DNA of 64,000 nucleotides from a virus: IMG/VR virus record IMGVR_UViG_3300032288_003949, positions 16,926 to 80,925 of that record; one strand, 5' to 3'. Shown piece by piece: positions 62,584 to 64,000 of this stretch (position 1 is its first letter; each line of letters starts with the position of its first letter). The notes under the pieces were generated by a model. It saw only the letters and a program-made list of their open reading frames with translations, ran no database searches and was not told where the DNA came from. The position numbers and the translations under genes were made by a program.

Positions 62584-63157
62584 GGATTACTTCTCCGGTT
62601 CCGAGTTCGGTGCTGATCGGTAGTTCAGTGTCATCGTCCAGCACCACATTGAAGTTTACGGCGAGTGCGTCGTCTGCCCCATCTGGCGTGGTGCCTTCGG
62701 TCAGCGTGTATTCGCGGATGTCGGTGATGGCGGGATGGAAGGTTAGGGCTTCTCGCAGAGCTGCTTCTAGTCCTGCTCCCCTTGTGGCTGCATATTCTGA
62801 CAGGGGTTCTGGTAGGCCGAATGCAGGATCGCAGGCTTCGTGGGCTCCGGCCTGTGTTCGTATGCACTTTTCCACCCATGCAGAGATGGCTGCTGCCCCG
62901 CGCACTACCTGTGGGCCTTGCCCCGCACTGAACAGCTTGCCCGCTGGGAAGTTGAAGGCCAGCGACCTGCCGATGATCGTCGCTTCGCCATCCACTTCGA
63001 TTTCGAAGTCATCGTCATCAGACAGGAGAGCGTCTTCGTCCTCCAGCCCCTCGGTGGCAATGTCCAGCGCGTCCTCTTCGTCTAGCGGTGCGCCTATCTC
63101 GTCCGGAAACAGTTCTTCGATTTCTTCGGGTTCGCCGATTGGAAGAATGTCAGCCAC
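62576..63157 (-). CDS. Baseplate wedge/sheath initiator (gp25/XkdS-like)
   Basis: W..KCIRT..G.H....FG..REAL..HP.I; upstream of J. Confidence 0.7.
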   Translation of the reverse strand: MADILPIGEPEEIEELFPDEIGAPLDEEDALDIATEGLEDEDALLSDDDDFEIEVDGEATIIGRSLAFNFPAGKLFSAGQGPQVVRGAAAISAWVEKCIRTQAGAHEACDPAFGLPEPLSEYAATRGAGLEAALREALTFHPAITDIREYTLTEGTTPDGADDALAVNFNVVLDDDTELPISTELGTGEVILG

Positions 63158-63320
63158 TTGTCTCGGCCTTTCCGTTCTTGGTCTGTTCAGCGTTGTGGAG
63201 CTTCGTGACTACTTCGTGCAGTTGTTTGCGTAGCGTTTCGTTCTCTCGGCGTAGTGCGTCGATCTCCAGCGCTTGCATTCCTATGCGAGCAAACACCTCT
63301 TGTTCGTTAATCTCGGTCAT
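63150..63320 (-). CDS. Small coiled-coil protein (56 aa, not in track)
   Basis: MTEINEQEVFARIGMQALEIDALRRENETLR..; ATGA coupling. Confidence 0.6.
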   Translation of the reverse strand: MTEINEQEVFARIGMQALEIDALRRENETLRKQLHEVVTKLHNAEQTKNGKAETSG

Positions 63321-64000
63321 GAGATCAGTTTAGGAGCGCCTTCGGTGGAATACCAGCCCGCACCTTTTAGCGTGGCCAGCATCTGGAAGTACTGGTCATA
63401 GCGTGGACCGATTGCTTCGTAGGAGTATTTCTGCTCTGCGATAGCTCGGATCGCTTCGGGGTCTAGCGAGTCGCATGCTTCGACCGCATCGCAGAAGTCT
63501 TGGAGCATGCGGCAACGGTAGCCAGTGGTGCCGTGTTCGACCGTTTCTGTGAAGGCCCCCCAATCTGTGGTGATTACGGGCGTTCCGCTGAGCATGGCTT
63601 CGACGACCACGAAGCCGAACGGCTCAAGGTAGATGGTCGGTGCTATCAGGGCGCGAGCGCCCGCCATGAGTTCGGCTCGGTCCTCCGGACCTATTTTGCC
63701 CAGCATCTGCCCGTAGGTAGGCTCGTAGTCACCTTCGCCAGCAATGAGTAGCTCGCATCCAAGTCTTTGCGCCACTTGGCAAGCCACATCTAGCCCTTTT
63801 CGTTCGATCAGTCGTCCTACGAAGAGCAGGTAGTCGTTCTTTTTGGCGTTGAACTGGAATTCCGACGGATCGAAGCTCGCTGGGATCACTGCGTCATAGA
63901 AGTTTCCGTTTGCGTCGTTATTGGTTCCTGCTTCAGCGGCGTAGCTTGCATGCATCCATGCATAGCTTTCGAAGACTCGTGGGTGACCGGCGACGCTGCC
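63317..64000 (-). CDS. GT4 glycosyltransferase (5' end outside window)
   Basis: FVGRL..RKG; EPFGFVVVEAM.SGTPVI; frame open to base 64000 (FESYAWMH). Confidence 0.9.
   Translation of the reverse strand, partial: GSVAGHPRVFESYAWMHASYAAEAGTNNDANGNFYDAVIPASFDPSEFQFNAKKNDYLLFVGRLIERKGLDVACQVAQRLGCELLIAGEGDYEPTYGQMLGKIGPEDRAELMAGARALIAPTIYLEPFGFVVVEAMLSGTPVITTDWGAFTETVEHGTTGYRCRMLQDFCDAVEACDSLDPEAIRAIAEQKYSYEAIGPRYDQYFQMLATLKGAGWYSTEGAPKLIS

Overview
This is a GC-rich tailed-phage genome segment with a contractile-tail (baseplate J) module. The host is probably an actinobacterium: the window has an actinobacterial IHF-like gene, two Rpf-like transglycosylases and many leaderless genes, with weaker hints pointing to Thermoleophilia/Solirubrobacterales. 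The minus strand carries, from right to left: a GT4 glycosyltransferase, baseplate and tail-fibre genes, a split lysis module (M15 peptidase, GH24 lysozyme, holin), recombination and replication genes (Bet, PD-(D/E)XK exonuclease, MT-A70 MTase, HNH, initiator with iterons, DnaC, RusA), Rpf-like genes, a ParB-MTase-ParB cassette, TerS, TerL, portal, a 2659-aa MuF fusion, a 1781-aa partner protein and a >580-aa peptidoglycan-binding head protein missing from the ORF track. Short plus-strand cassettes with extended -10 promoters and a palindromic operator (GCTACA-N3-TGTAGC) interrupt this backbone, along with an atypical tRNA(CAU) and a structured ncRNA candidate. Main finding: the two giant head-region proteins are strings of effector-like domains (ADP-ribosyltransferase-like, PI3/4-kinase/HipA-like, zincin) punctuated by 15 copies of a peptide motif M-[AKR]-S-P. 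The motif is conserved at protein but not DNA level, suggesting a processed, virion-delivered effector polyprotein. All family assignments come from recognising motifs by eye; no database searches were run.
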